Positions 28,882-40,200 of a stretch of DNA of 64,000 nt are shown here, piece by piece. The DNA is from Candidatus Woesearchaeota archaeon (GTDB taxonomy: Archaea; Nanobdellota; Nanobdellia; SCGC-AAA011-G17; GW2011-AR18), in the NCBI GenBank assembly GCA_018302765.1, contig JAGVZG010000001.1, positions 1 to 64,000 on the forward strand, given 5' to 3'. The notes under the pieces are model-generated. The model ran no database searches. It worked only from the letters and a program-made list of their open reading frames with translations, and was not told the DNA's origin. The translations under genes were made by a program, and so were the position numbers. Numbering within the stretch: the stretch's first letter is position 1; each line of letters starts with the position of its first letter.

Positions 28882-30684
28882 ATGGTAGATGTATTTATGA
28901 ATGAGAGATTTATTGGAACTGTAGAAAATGCAAAGGAATTTATTAAGCAGATAAGATCTGAGAGAAGAAAGGGAGTTTTGCCTTTAGAGTTGAATTTTTA
29001 TCATGATCAAGATTATGACGAAGTTTATTTAGATACGACAACTGGAAGAGCAAGAAGGCCATTGATAGTTGTTGAAAATGGAAAATCAAAATTAACTGAG
29101 AAGCATATTGAGGATGTGAAAAGTGGTGCAGTTACTTGGGATAAGCTTGTAAAAGAAGGAATTATAGAATACGTTGATGCTGCAGAGGAAGAAAATTGTT
29201 ACGTTGCCTTGAGTGAGGAAGACTTAACTAAAGAACATACGCATTTAGAGATTTCTCCTGTTGTAATCCTTGGTTTGTGTACTTCGTTGATTCCTTATTC
29301 TAATTTTGGCGGTAGTTCAAGATTAATAAGAGGAAGTAAGATTCAAAAGCAGGCATTAGGTTTGTATGCAAGCAATTTTTTATTAAGAATGGATACCGAT
29401 GTCAATGTTTTACATTATCCTCAGAAACCTATAACAAAAACATTTATGCATGACATTTGGGGGTGGGAGAAACATCCTTCTGGACAGAATATTGTTATTG
29501 CATTGATGAGTTTTGAGGGGTACAATATGGAAGACTCAATTATTATAAGCAAAGCTAGCGTTGACAGGGGATTTGCAAGGTCAACTTATTTTAAGCCTTT
29601 TTCTGCAGAAGAACTTAGATATCAAGGCGGATTAGTTGACGAGATTTGTATACCTGATAAGGAAGTTAAAGGATATAAGTCAGAAAAGGACTACAGGCTT
29701 TTGGAAGAAGATGGCATTGTGTTTACAGGAGCAAAAGTAAAAGATGAAGATGTTATAATTGGCAAAGTTAGTCCGCCAAGATTTTTAGGAGAATTTGAGG
29801 AATTTAATATTGCTACAAATGTTAAAAGAGAAAGTTCAGTTGCCCTGACACATGGAGAGAATGGCATAGTTGATATGACTTTGATTACTGAAAATGAGGA
29901 CGGAAACAGGTTAGTGCAGATGAGATTGAGGCAGCAGAGGATTCCTGAAGTTGGTGATAAGTTTGCGAGTAGACATGGACAGAAGGGAGTAATAAGTTAT
30001 CTTGTTCCTATTGAAGACATGCCTTTTACAGCAAGCGGAATAGTGCCTGATATTATATTTAGTCCTCATGGTATTCCATCAAGAATGACAGTTTCACATT
30101 TAATAGAAATAGTTGCAGGGAAAGTTGGTGCTTTATCAGGACAGTATATAGATGGAACTACTTTTAATGCAATGCCAGAAAAGGAATTAAGAAAAATGCT
30201 TAGAGAATTAGGATTTAGAGAGAGTGGCGTAGAAGCAATGTATAATGGCATTGATGGTAGAGAGTTTAAGGCCAGGATTTATGTTGGAAATATGTACTAC
30301 TTGAAGCTTAAGCACATGGTTGCGAATAAACTGCATGCAAGAGCAACCGGTAAAATACAATTGTTGACAAGACAGCCAATTGAGGGAAGGTCTCAAGGTG
30401 GTGGTTTGAGATTGGGAGAAATGGAAAAGGATTGCTTTGTTGCACATGGGGCTTCACTATTATTAAAAGAAAGATTTGATTCAGACAAGACTTTGGTTTT
30501 TGTCTGCGAAGAGTGTGGAATGCTTGGAGTTTATGATAGTTTCAAGAACAAGGAATATTGCACTAAGTGCGGAGCAAATGTTGGAGTAAGCGTTGTAGAA
30601 ATGAGTTATGCATTCAAACTGTTATTGGATGAGTTGAAATCACTTTGTGTTTATCCTAAATTGGTTTTAGGAAGGAAGTATTAA
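28882..30684 (+). CDS. rpoB1: RNA polymerase subunit B' (Rpo2C)
   Basis: GYNMEDS, GDKFASRHGQKG, GGLRLGEMEKD, C-terminal Zn ribbon. Confidence 0.98.
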   Translation: MVDVFMNERFIGTVENAKEFIKQIRSERRKGVLPLELNFYHDQDYDEVYLDTTTGRARRPLIVVENGKSKLTEKHIEDVKSGAVTWDKLVKEGIIEYVDAAEEENCYVALSEEDLTKEHTHLEISPVVILGLCTSLIPYSNFGGSSRLIRGSKIQKQALGLYASNFLLRMDTDVNVLHYPQKPITKTFMHDIWGWEKHPSGQNIVIALMSFEGYNMEDSIIISKASVDRGFARSTYFKPFSAEELRYQGGLVDEICIPDKEVKGYKSEKDYRLLEEDGIVFTGAKVKDEDVIIGKVSPPRFLGEFEEFNIATNVKRESSVALTHGENGIVDMTLITENEDGNRLVQMRLRQQRIPEVGDKFASRHGQKGVISYLVPIEDMPFTASGIVPDIIFSPHGIPSRMTVSHLIEIVAGKVGALSGQYIDGTTFNAMPEKELRKMLRELGFRESGVEAMYNGIDGREFKARIYVGNMYYLKLKHMVANKLHARATGKIQLLTRQPIEGRSQGGGLRLGEMEKDCFVAHGASLLLKERFDSDKTLVFVCEECGMLGVYDSFKNKEYCTKCGANVGVSVVEMSYAFKLLLDELKSLCVYPKLVLGRKY

Positions 30685-30685
30685 T

Positions 30686-31129
30686 ATGGATGAATATTCA
30701 TTAGAAAGAATGGATGGCGGAGGCAAATTGAGTTTACCTAACGGCGGATTTTATAACTTAAGAGTAGCAGAACATAATAGTTTTTTATTACTGCTAGACA
30801 TTTCTCATTATCAAGGATCTGTTTTTGGTTTGAATATTTACCCTCATCATGACGGTATTGTTTGTGGCACTAATAAACCAGATGGACTTGAAATTTGTGG
30901 ATCTTATTTAGTTAATAAAATCATTGTAGGAGCTGATAGATTGGGAGGTCTAGATAATGCAGAACTTGATAGATTTCATAGTTATATTATAAGAAAGAAT
31001 AGAGACATGTCTTTTGATTTAGGAAGATTAGTTGAACTAAGAGACACTGAGAAATGGTTAATGAGAAGAGACGACTTTCCAAGTTTTAAAACTTTTTTAA
31101 GCGGAGTTATTAGGAGGGCAAAGAGCTGA
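30686..31129 (+). CDS. Hypothetical protein inserted inside the RNA polymerase operon
   Basis: 147-aa ATG ORF with 1-nt gaps to rpoB' and rpoA'. Confidence 0.7.
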   Translation: MDEYSLERMDGGGKLSLPNGGFYNLRVAEHNSFLLLLDISHYQGSVFGLNIYPHHDGIVCGTNKPDGLEICGSYLVNKIIVGADRLGGLDNAELDRFHSYIIRKNRDMSFDLGRLVELRDTEKWLMRRDDFPSFKTFLSGVIRRAKS

Positions 31130-31130
31130 G

Positions 31131-33722
31131 ATGGTAGAGAACTATGTTTACAAGAAAGTAGATTCAGTAGTGTTTGGAATGATGAGTCCTGAGTTAGTCA
31201 AGAAGATGGCTTGTGCTAAAGTTGTAACTCCTGAACTTTATGATAAAGAAGGTTATCCTGTAGATGGTGGGCTTATGGATATTAGATTAGGAGTTATAGA
31301 TCCTGGTCTGAGATGCAAAACTTGTGGTGGAAATTTAAGAGACTGTATGGGTCATTTTGGGTATTTAGAATTAGCTAGGCCTATTATTCATTTAAAATAT
31401 GCTGATGTAATATTAAATTTTTTGAGGTGCAGTTGCAGAGAGTGCGGAAAATTACTTACAGATAAGAAGGTTAAAATTGCTGTTGAGGAAGATGAAGGAG
31501 CAGAGCATCATGCTGAGGAAGAGGCTGGCGAGGATGAAGTAAGCACAAAGAAACAAGTTAAGAGCATAACAAGCAGTTTAAGAAATGTAAAGAAATGTCC
31601 TCATTGCGGCGCAAAACAATTCCAAGTAAAACTTGAGAGACCTACTACGTTTTTAGAGGATGATAAAAGATTAAATCCAATTGATATAAGAACAAGACTA
31701 GAAAGAATAAGTGATTCTGATATTGCTTTTTTAGGATTAGATCCTTCTTTTGCAAGGCCTGAATGGATGGTTCTAATTATTTTGCCAGTGCCTCCAGTTA
31801 CTATAAGACCGAGCATTACTTTAGAGACAGGAGAAAGAAGTGAAGATGACTTAACTCATAAATTAGGTGATATAGTAAGAATTAATCAGAGATTATTTGA
31901 AAACATTAATGCTGGAGCGCCTGAAATAATTATTGAAGACCTTTGGGATCTTTTGCAGTATCATATTACAACTTATTTTGACAATGAAGTTAGCCAAGTT
32001 CCTCCTGCTAGGCATAGAAGCGGGCAGGCACTAAGAACTTTGACTGAGAGAATTAAAAGCAAAGAAGGAAGATTTAGGCACAACCTTGCTGGAAAAAGGG
32101 TTAACTATGCAGCTAGAACTGTTATTAGCCCTGATTCTAAAATGGAACTGAATGAAGTTGGAGTTCCTATAGAAGTTGCTATGGAATTAACAGTTCCTGA
32201 GAGAGTTGTAGAATGGAACTTAAAGAGACTAAAGAAGTTTGTTGAAAATGGCCCTAAGAAATATGTAGGAAGCAATTATGTTGTAAGACCTGATGGCAAG
32301 AAGAAAAAAATTACTGATGAAACACAAGAGCAATTATTAGAAGAGCTGCAGCCAGGCTATATTGTTGAGAGACATTTAATGGATGGCGATATTGTAATAT
32401 TTAATAGGCAACCTACACTGCACAGAATGAGTATTATGGCACACAGAGTTAGAGTTCTGCCTGGCAAGAGTTTTAGATTAAATCCAGCTATATGCAATCC
32501 GTACAATGCAGACTTTGATGGCGATGAGATGAACTTACACGTCCCACAGACTGAGGAAGCAAGAGCTGAAGCTGAAATTCTTATGGAAGTACAGACACAA
32601 ATTATAACACCAAAAAGCGGCTTGAATGTTATAGGATGCAGTGATGATGCTATTACAGGAAATTATTTGTTAACTAAAAACATTAAGATGAGTAAAGAAG
32701 ATGCAGTTCAGATGCTTCATAGTGTTGGCGTATTAAATATTGAAAGATTTGATAAATTTAAAAAAACAGTTGATGGCAAAGAAATATTTAGTGCCATACT
32801 TCCTGATGGTTTTGATTTCAGTGGATATTCTAAGTCTAAGGAACCTATTGTTATAAAAAATGGTTATTTAATAGAAGGAGTAATAGATAAATCAACTATA
32901 GGACAGGATAAAGGCGATTTAATAAGAGCGCTGTATGCAAAGTATGGATCTAGTGTTGGTTTAGATTTATTAGGAAAAATATTTAGATTAGGAATTGCTG
33001 TTTTGCTTAAACATGGTTTTACTACTTCTATAGCAGATACAGATCTGCCACAGGAAGTTTCTGATAAATGCAAGGAAACAATTTATAATTCGGAAAGAAG
33101 AGTAGCACAACTCATTGAGCAATATAGCAGCGGTGAATTAGAGGCTTTGCCTGGCCTGACATTAGAAGCTACTCTAGAAGCAAAAATTATGGAAGTTTTA
33201 AACAGATGCAGACAGCGTGTTGGTGAGATAATTGCTGAGAGTAATTTAGAAGAGAACTCTACATTGGTGATGGCTTTATCAGGGGCTAAAGGCAGCTACC
33301 TGAACTTATCTATGATTGCTGCTTGCGTGGGCCAGCAGGCTTTGAGAGGTAAGAGAATTGAACTTGGTTATAGGGGAAGAACTTTAAGTATATTTACAAA
33401 AGGAGAACTGAGTCCTAGAGCTAAGGGATTTATTAAGAGAGGATATAAAGAGGGGCTAACTCCTGAAGAGTATTTCATGCATGCAATGACTGGAAGAGAC
33501 AGCTTAATGGATACTGCTTTAAGAACACCAAAATCAGGTTATTTGTATAGAAGATTAGCAAGTGCTTTACAAGATATAAGAGTTGAGTATGATAATACTG
33601 TGAGAGATGCAAACCAGAATATTGTGCAGTTTATTTATGGAGAAGATGGCCTGGATGTTTCGAAGACAGAGGGTGGAAAAATAAATGTTGCTAGGATTAT
33701 TAGAGAGGTACTGGGAGAATAA
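31131..33722 (+). CDS. rpoA1: RNA polymerase subunit A' (Rpo1N)
   Basis: Catalytic YNADFDGDEMN, GHFG, LAGKRVNY. Confidence 0.99.
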   Translation: MVENYVYKKVDSVVFGMMSPELVKKMACAKVVTPELYDKEGYPVDGGLMDIRLGVIDPGLRCKTCGGNLRDCMGHFGYLELARPIIHLKYADVILNFLRCSCRECGKLLTDKKVKIAVEEDEGAEHHAEEEAGEDEVSTKKQVKSITSSLRNVKKCPHCGAKQFQVKLERPTTFLEDDKRLNPIDIRTRLERISDSDIAFLGLDPSFARPEWMVLIILPVPPVTIRPSITLETGERSEDDLTHKLGDIVRINQRLFENINAGAPEIIIEDLWDLLQYHITTYFDNEVSQVPPARHRSGQALRTLTERIKSKEGRFRHNLAGKRVNYAARTVISPDSKMELNEVGVPIEVAMELTVPERVVEWNLKRLKKFVENGPKKYVGSNYVVRPDGKKKKITDETQEQLLEELQPGYIVERHLMDGDIVIFNRQPTLHRMSIMAHRVRVLPGKSFRLNPAICNPYNADFDGDEMNLHVPQTEEARAEAEILMEVQTQIITPKSGLNVIGCSDDAITGNYLLTKNIKMSKEDAVQMLHSVGVLNIERFDKFKKTVDGKEIFSAILPDGFDFSGYSKSKEPIVIKNGYLIEGVIDKSTIGQDKGDLIRALYAKYGSSVGLDLLGKIFRLGIAVLLKHGFTTSIADTDLPQEVSDKCKETIYNSERRVAQLIEQYSSGELEALPGLTLEATLEAKIMEVLNRCRQRVGEIIAESNLEENSTLVMALSGAKGSYLNLSMIAACVGQQALRGKRIELGYRGRTLSIFTKGELSPRAKGFIKRGYKEGLTPEEYFMHAMTGRDSLMDTALRTPKSGYLYRRLASALQDIRVEYDNTVRDANQNIVQFIYGEDGLDVSKTEGGKINVARIIREVLGE

Positions 33723-33723
33723 A

Positions 33724-34839
33724 ATGTTACCGCAACACTTAATTGCTAAAGTTGAGGATTATTCAAAGAAGTATAAAATTAGTGATAAGGACCAGAAGGA
33801 GATTTTAAAGAGAGTTGAGGAAATTTATAACAAAGCTAAAATTTCTCCTGGTGAATCTATTGGAGTAATTACTGCTGAGAGTTTTGGTGAACCTAGTACC
33901 CAAATGACGTTGAATACATTTCACTTTGCAGGTGTGGCAGAGATGAACGTTACTGTTGGCCTGCCAAGACTGATAGAAATATTTGACGCAAGAAAGAGGC
34001 CAAGCACCCCAAGAATGGAAATTCCGATAAAATCTAAATATTCCAGGACTGTTGAAGCAGTAAGAGAAGTTGCTATGAAGATTAAGGAAACTAAATTGGG
34101 AGACATAGCACAGGAAATTTCTATTAATATAGCCAAAGCTACAATTGAAATTGTTTTAGATAAGAAGAAGATGAGGGATTTGGACATTAAACCAAAATTA
34201 GTTCTAGACAAAATAGCAGAGGGATTAAAGAGTGTTGATGTTAAGGATAATGATAGTTCTGTAATACTTAAATCTAAAGAAAAAGAAATATCTTTGTCTG
34301 AAGTTTATAAATTGAAAGAGAAAGCAAAGTCAATCCACATAAGAGGTTTACAGGGAGTTACTCATGTTTTACCTGTCAAGGGAGATGATGGTAATTATAT
34401 TATACATTGTGCTGGAAGCAATTTAAAAGACGCTTTGCTTTTAGAGGAAGCTGAAAAAGAGAGAATAATGACTAACGATATTTTTGAAATTTCTGATGTT
34501 TTAGGCGTAGAAGCTGCTAGAGCTGCCATAATCAATGAAGCTAATAAAGTTATAAAAGATCAAGGCATTGATATAGATATCAGGCACGTAATGTTTTTAG
34601 CTGATGTCATGACAAGAAGCGGTACTGTAAAGGGTGTAACTAGAACAGGAATTGTTGGAGAAAAAGAGAGCGTATTAGCTAGAGCTAGTTTTGAAACTCC
34701 AATTAAACATATAGTTAATGCTAGTTTAGTAGGCGAGAAAGATAATTTGAATAGTGTTGTTGAAAATGTTATAATAAATCAACCAGTTCCTCTTGGCACT
34801 GGATTGCCTGGCTTAATTGCCAAAATGAAGAAGGACTAA
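33724..34839 (+). CDS. rpoA2: RNA polymerase subunit A'' (Rpo1C)
   Basis: GEPSTQMTLNTFH, GLPRLIE, LARASFE. Confidence 0.98.
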   Translation: MLPQHLIAKVEDYSKKYKISDKDQKEILKRVEEIYNKAKISPGESIGVITAESFGEPSTQMTLNTFHFAGVAEMNVTVGLPRLIEIFDARKRPSTPRMEIPIKSKYSRTVEAVREVAMKIKETKLGDIAQEISINIAKATIEIVLDKKKMRDLDIKPKLVLDKIAEGLKSVDVKDNDSSVILKSKEKEISLSEVYKLKEKAKSIHIRGLQGVTHVLPVKGDDGNYIIHCAGSNLKDALLLEEAEKERIMTNDIFEISDVLGVEAARAAIINEANKVIKDQGIDIDIRHVMFLADVMTRSGTVKGVTRTGIVGEKESVLARASFETPIKHIVNASLVGEKDNLNSVVENVIINQPVPLGTGLPGLIAKMKKD

Positions 34840-34841
34840 AC

Positions 34842-35090
34842 ATGAAAGCTGATTTACTAGATGATCTGAAAAAGAAAAAACCATTTTTAGGACTGGATAT
34901 CGCGCTTAAGAAAATTAGAAATGGAAAGATAAGCAAGGCTTATGTTTCTTCTAATAGTGGCGCTAAGAATCAGCTAGTTAGGCTATGCAAAACAATAGGT
35001 GTTGAGGTTATTTTATTACAGGAATCTAGCAAAGATCTGGGAATTATTTGCAAAAAACCGTTTTCTGTTTCAGTAATAAGTTTTGAGTAA
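34842..35090 (+). CDS. rpl30e: 50S ribosomal protein L30e (L7Ae family)
   Basis: DLGIICKKPFSVSVI; position between rpoA'' and nusA. Confidence 0.88.
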   Translation: MKADLLDDLKKKKPFLGLDIALKKIRNGKISKAYVSSNSGAKNQLVRLCKTIGVEVILLQESSKDLGIICKKPFSVSVISFE

Positions 35091-35092
35091 AT

Positions 35093-35500
35093 ATGAAATT
35101 AACTTTAGATTCTATAAATAATATTAACTTATTTGAGAACTTAACTAGAGCTAAGGTTAAAGACTGTTTTCAGGAAGATGGCGTTCTTGTTTTTTTAGTT
35201 GAAGAGGGCAATGTTAAGAAAGCTTTAGGAAAAGACAGTTCAAATATTGATAGAATCAGCAAAATACTAAAAAAAGATATTAAAATTATTGCTTTTTCTA
35301 ATGATATTTGCAAATTTGTTAGTAATTTAATATATCCAAATAAGGCTGACGAGATAAAATTAGAAGGCAAAACTGTTTTTATAGTTGCCAGTGATGTTGG
35401 TGTCAAGGGAAGAATATTTGGCAGGTCAAGAGAAAATCTAAAGAGAATAAATTCCTTAGTTAGAAATTATTTCGACGTGGAAGAAGTTAAAGTTGTATAA
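35093..35500 (+). CDS. nusA: Archaeal NusA-like KH-domain transcription factor
   Basis: TRAKVKDC, two KH motifs (ALGKD, IFGRSRENL). Confidence 0.93.
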   Translation: MKLTLDSINNINLFENLTRAKVKDCFQEDGVLVFLVEEGNVKKALGKDSSNIDRISKILKKDIKIIAFSNDICKFVSNLIYPNKADEIKLEGKTVFIVASDVGVKGRIFGRSRENLKRINSLVRNYFDVEEVKVV

Positions 35501-35516
35501 TAAAAAGAAAAATAAT

Positions 35517-36167
35517 TTATATTTTTCTTAAACAGTATCTTGCATTTGCGCTTTTACAATTACCCATACTATTTACTTCTAAGTTTCCAATTTTTTTATT
35601 GCTTGTATTTCTTGGACTTAAGTAAAATGGTGCGTCAACGCCTATTATTTTTCCTGTATATTTTTCAGCTGTCATTAGTTGTGTTACTCTTGCCATGCTT
35701 AAGTACTCTCCAACGCCTAGACCCCAAACAGCAACTGTTCCTTCTTTTCCTATTTCATGAGCACTAATAATTAATATTTGATGTCCTTGTGCTGGATACA
35801 ATCCTATTGTACCTGGTTCAGCTTTAGCCACTGCTTCATCTTTTTTGCTGTAAGTTCTATAAGCGCCAGTTTCTGTAACTAATCCACTCCATGAGTTCAT
35901 TACATCATTTGCATATGATAAAGAACTTCCACAAAGTTCTTCTGCTACAGTTACTGGGTCTCTGGAAAAGAAATCTGGTGCATAGAGATGTGTTCTTCCT
36001 GCATTTACTAGTGCTTCTGGAAGTTGGCCTAATGTTTTCTCATCGCCTTCCCTCATATTTTTTAATAATCTTTCTAAATTGTTATCTAGTTCAATACCCA
36101 TTCCTAATAGTCTTCTTCTTGTTAAATTTGCAAATGCTTCTAATAATTGGTTTTTTCCCATTGCCAT
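35517..36167 (-). CDS. Divergent 3-methyladenine DNA glycosylase (AAG/MPG)-like protein
   Basis: PDFFSRDPVTVAEELCG...GLVTETGAY...PGTIGLY; the catalytic ETEAY motif reads ETGAY. Confidence 0.7.
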   Translation of the reverse strand: MAMGKNQLLEAFANLTRRRLLGMGIELDNNLERLLKNMREGDEKTLGQLPEALVNAGRTHLYAPDFFSRDPVTVAEELCGSSLSYANDVMNSWSGLVTETGAYRTYSKKDEAVAKAEPGTIGLYPAQGHQILIISAHEIGKEGTVAVWGLGVGEYLSMARVTQLMTAEKYTGKIIGVDAPFYLSPRNTSNKKIGNLEVNSMGNCKSANARYCLRKI

Positions 36168-36168
36168 T

Positions 36169-37263
36169 TTATTCTCCTTGCCTGATAATTGTTACAGGCA
36201 TTCTATGATTAATGTTGAAATCTTTGAACTTTCCCATAATCTCAAACTTTCTTCTTACCCTATTCAGAACCTCTTTTTCTTCGTCTGATGTTACTGCAAT
36301 GTTGTTGTCAATATCTCTTAAAACATCATCATGACTTACATCAGGTTTTCTATAAAGATTTAAATATCTTTCTGTTAATGTTTTTTCTATTCTTGCTTTT
36401 AATACATCTTTAATATTGAATGCTTGATAAGATAATATTTTTCTTTTTCTATTTGCAGCTACTGCACTCCAGTCTATACTTACGTTATTTCCATTTACTC
36501 TTACTCTTCTTGGCCCAGGTATGTAGACTTTGCTAGTGCGTTCTGGCTTTACTATAAATAAATTATTACCATTTGCATATTTTAGATACAGTGCTAATAA
36601 ATTCTCATCTGGTTCTGTTTCTTTATACGTTAATGCAGAACAGTGCAATAATTTTGCTCTTTCTGAAAGTTCTGAGTTTGCTATACTAAATATTCCATCT
36701 TCTAAGTCTTCTTCACCATATCTATATACCAATCTTGTTGTTAAATTTAGGTAAGTTCCTTGTGGTTTTGCTGTTGGTATGATTTTTTCCTTTGTTATGT
36801 CATATCTGAGTAAAAAATTAAATAAGTCTATTTTCTCATCTAACTTTCTTTTTTCTTTTAGCTCTGCATAAATTTCTAGCACTTCTTCGATTAATCTTTT
36901 GTCTGAGACAACAGCAACTGCATCTTCTATTTTTGAGTAACTTGCATTTTCTAATGCTTCTGTGTAAACTTTTTCAATTAAATCTCTGTTTGCCATCGAC
37001 AGCATTGAAAAGTGACCTACTGTTGACGTTGCTTTTGGAATGAGTGATTCTGGTTTTTTAGCTTCTTCTTTGCTTATTCTAAATGTTTCTGGAATAAATT
37101 CTCTATATGAATTTGCAACACTGTACTCTCCTAATTTATCACAGTTCCAGAAAAATGCGAACGACCATAAGTTATATGTTCTGTCATACTTAGCAGTACC
37201 ATAAGTTGCTAACATTATGTCAGCAAGTTCTGCAGCTTGTTGGTTGTATTTTTCTCTTTCCAT
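36169..37263 (-). CDS. Hypothetical protein (364 aa), member of the five-gene operon
   Basis: Long ORF with 1-nt spacing to both neighbours. Confidence 0.85.
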   Translation of the reverse strand: MEREKYNQQAAELADIMLATYGTAKYDRTYNLWSFAFFWNCDKLGEYSVANSYREFIPETFRISKEEAKKPESLIPKATSTVGHFSMLSMANRDLIEKVYTEALENASYSKIEDAVAVVSDKRLIEEVLEIYAELKEKRKLDEKIDLFNFLLRYDITKEKIIPTAKPQGTYLNLTTRLVYRYGEEDLEDGIFSIANSELSERAKLLHCSALTYKETEPDENLLALYLKYANGNNLFIVKPERTSKVYIPGPRRVRVNGNNVSIDWSAVAANRKRKILSYQAFNIKDVLKARIEKTLTERYLNLYRKPDVSHDDVLRDIDNNIAVTSDEEKEVLNRVRRKFEIMGKFKDFNINHRMPVTIIRQGE

Positions 37264-37264
37264 T

Positions 37265-40200
37265 TTATTCTTCTGCCAGTTTTCTTAGCACTGCTGCCAG
37301 TCTTGATAATTCCTCTTCTGGTGTTTCTCTTATTGTTTCTCCGAGTGCTAATATCTCTGGATGTATTGGTTCTCCTTGCGTTGGTTTTATTTTTGTAGGC
37401 TCTATATCTGTATCTATATTTAAGAATCCTGAACATTCATATCTTCTGAATTTTGCTTCTTTTTTTATTATTTCTGCTTCATTTTGGGTTCCATCTACTA
37501 TTTTGTATTCTTCTAACATTCTAAAGTAATGCCCTTCTTCATATCTTGACTTCTTGTCATCTATTTTTTTTGCTACAATTACATATGCTTCAAACCCATT
37601 TCTCTTTTCTTCGCCTGTATCTATGTCAATAGACTTCATTGATTTGTAAGTTCCAGTTAATTGCCTGTCTATTTCAAAGCCAATTTCAGTCATATCTTTA
37701 ATGAACTGTTCCCTGCAACTTATATCTATCTTTGATGTTGGTTCTATAATTAACATATAACTACCATTTTTCATTACTCTTTTATTTTCAGTGAAGTATT
37801 GTTTTCTTTCTTCTTCTGTTGCAAAATCCAAGGCCAAAGAACATACAATTAGATCCTTAGACTTTTCTTCCAAGCTTTCTGTTTTTTCATATTTCTTTTT
37901 CGGATCAAACACTTTGTTCTCTTGTGAATGAGGGACTAGATTTCTTAGGTCTGTGTAAGAACCCAAATAATATTTGTTTTCTTTATTTCCTTTTTCTTCA
38001 CATGCATCTATTCCATAATCTAATTGAAATCTATTTACATCTATGCATATAGTTTTTCTTTCTAAAATTCTTGATACTGTTGCTGGGCCAGAACCTTCAT
38101 CCAGTATGTCTTCAAGTTTTCTTCCTATTTTATTTTCTAGTCCTAGAATAATATCCCTTGCCAGTCTTGCACAATTGGATGAGAAACTGTATTCCCATGC
38201 GTAGTTATAATTTTTTGCTAGGAACATTGCATTGTCATGCGCACTCATTTCCTCTACAAATCTTTCTACACCTCTGCCCCTGAGATTATTAAACATTAAT
38301 GCAACTATGCTTCTTGAGTTTAAATTCAACAAACTACCAATTTCTGCTGATTTCTCTGGTTTTGTATCATCTATGAAAGCATTTATTTCCTCTGGTGTTG
38401 CATCTTCTCCCTTGAACACTAGGTTTATTAAATATGCCTTCCAGTCTCTGAATTTATACTTTGAATCTTCAAACGTGTTTACTGCTCTTGGTTGATGTAC
38501 TTCAACTTCATTATGTTTTCCAGATCTTACAATTCTGGCTAATAATTGTTCAAATCTTGCCGGTACTGTTGTAGCTTCATATTCTATTAGCATATCTGCT
38601 TCCTGAACATCTGCTCCTTCTCTTAGTGTTCCATAGCTTACTGATAATACTGTTTTTGCTGGGTTAGTTTGAAATTCTAATAAAGCTAGATCCCTTTGTG
38701 ATGGATCCCATATTTCATAGTTTCTAATTTCTAATCTTTGTCTTGCTGCGAGAGATAGATCAGATCTGAATTTTTGTCCTTCTTCATAAAGCCCTTCTGA
38801 TCTTAATGTTTCAATTTCTTCATTTTTTAATTGTATTTCTACTGGCTGTGCTGATACTGTCTGATCTATTCTTACACACCCATATTCAGCTAGTTTTTCC
38901 TCTAGAAAACTTGTCAGATTAGTTGAATATTCACATGCAACAATAACTTTTTTATTGTCTTTTTTTGCTTTTTTTATTATTTCTACTGTTGTTTGTAACT
39001 TGCTTGGAATGGTATTTTCTGCATATTCTCTTAATTTTGGATTTATTTCAAAGAATCTTTCTATTTTATTTTTTAATGAGTCTTGTCTTTCACTATCTGT
39101 AAAGTTATCAGGAAGCAGCTTTTTTGGATTTGTAAGTAGATAATTTAATAGTAAGTATCTCTCTCTACCTTCAAATAATGTTGAGTTTATTATTTCTATA
39201 TACAAGTCTGTTTCTTTTTCTGTTAATTCATAATTAACATTTATGAGAATTGGTTCTTTTACATCTGGATCTACATCTTTTAGTTCCCTGATTGGATTTG
39301 AATGTATGTCCAGTACTGCCCTTACTATTTTTGGATTGTCCCTAAATACTGCAGTGAAATCTTTAGGGTTATCTATAATACCCATTAGATAAAATTCATA
39401 GGCTATATTTGAAACATAGTTTCTAATTCCTGTTCCGCTTACCAATGTTCCCCATTTTGAATATCTGAATAATTCTCCAAGGGCTATTGCAGTTGCTGAA
39501 TCAGGATCTATTACATTGTGTATTTCATCATATATGACATAGTAAGGCTTACCATCTGCTCTGAATGCCTGCTGTCTTAACGCTGTTGCAATGCTTGCAG
39601 CTTCTGCATTTTTTTCTTCGATTACTATTCTTTTCAGCAAAGCATCTAGACTTCTTTCTTTTCTTGTATATTCTTTAAAATGATCTTCTATCATTGAATT
39701 TCTGAGAATTTCCAATGCCCTTTCTTTTGTGTAAACAGTTGTTAGAAGTTCTATGTATTTCTCTTCCATTTCTGCTGCAGTTTCTGGATCACTTATATCT
39801 ATGCCTGTTCTTCTATGGCTCAGTTCATAACCTAGCAACACAAGATCTACGTCTTCTCTTGCTGCTTTTTTTATAGAATATCTTCTATTTCTTCTTGTAA
39901 CTACACTGATATTTGGATCTTTTAATAACCTTTCTGCTTCTCTGATCCATGTTGGAATTATATACGTTGGACAGCATATCAATGTTTTAACTTTGCCATT
40001 TTCTCCAAGTTCTTTCATAAAAACTTCATTAATTATGGGTATTGCAGACAGAACCCCAATAGTTTTTCTTGTTCCTGGCTTGCTAAACTCAAATCTTTTT
40101 TTGCCTTCCATTCCAGATAATGCTATTTCTGTTGCTGCTAGTTGTTGTTCTGGAGATGGAATGTCTACAGTTGATGCATCAAAATAAGTATCTCTTCCTA

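Noticed and set aside
31480-31550. Acidic insert in RpoA' (EEDEGAEHHAEEEAGEDE) as a possible intein or intron
   Set aside because: It is short and in frame, with no intein terminal motifs or BHB; it is a variable loop
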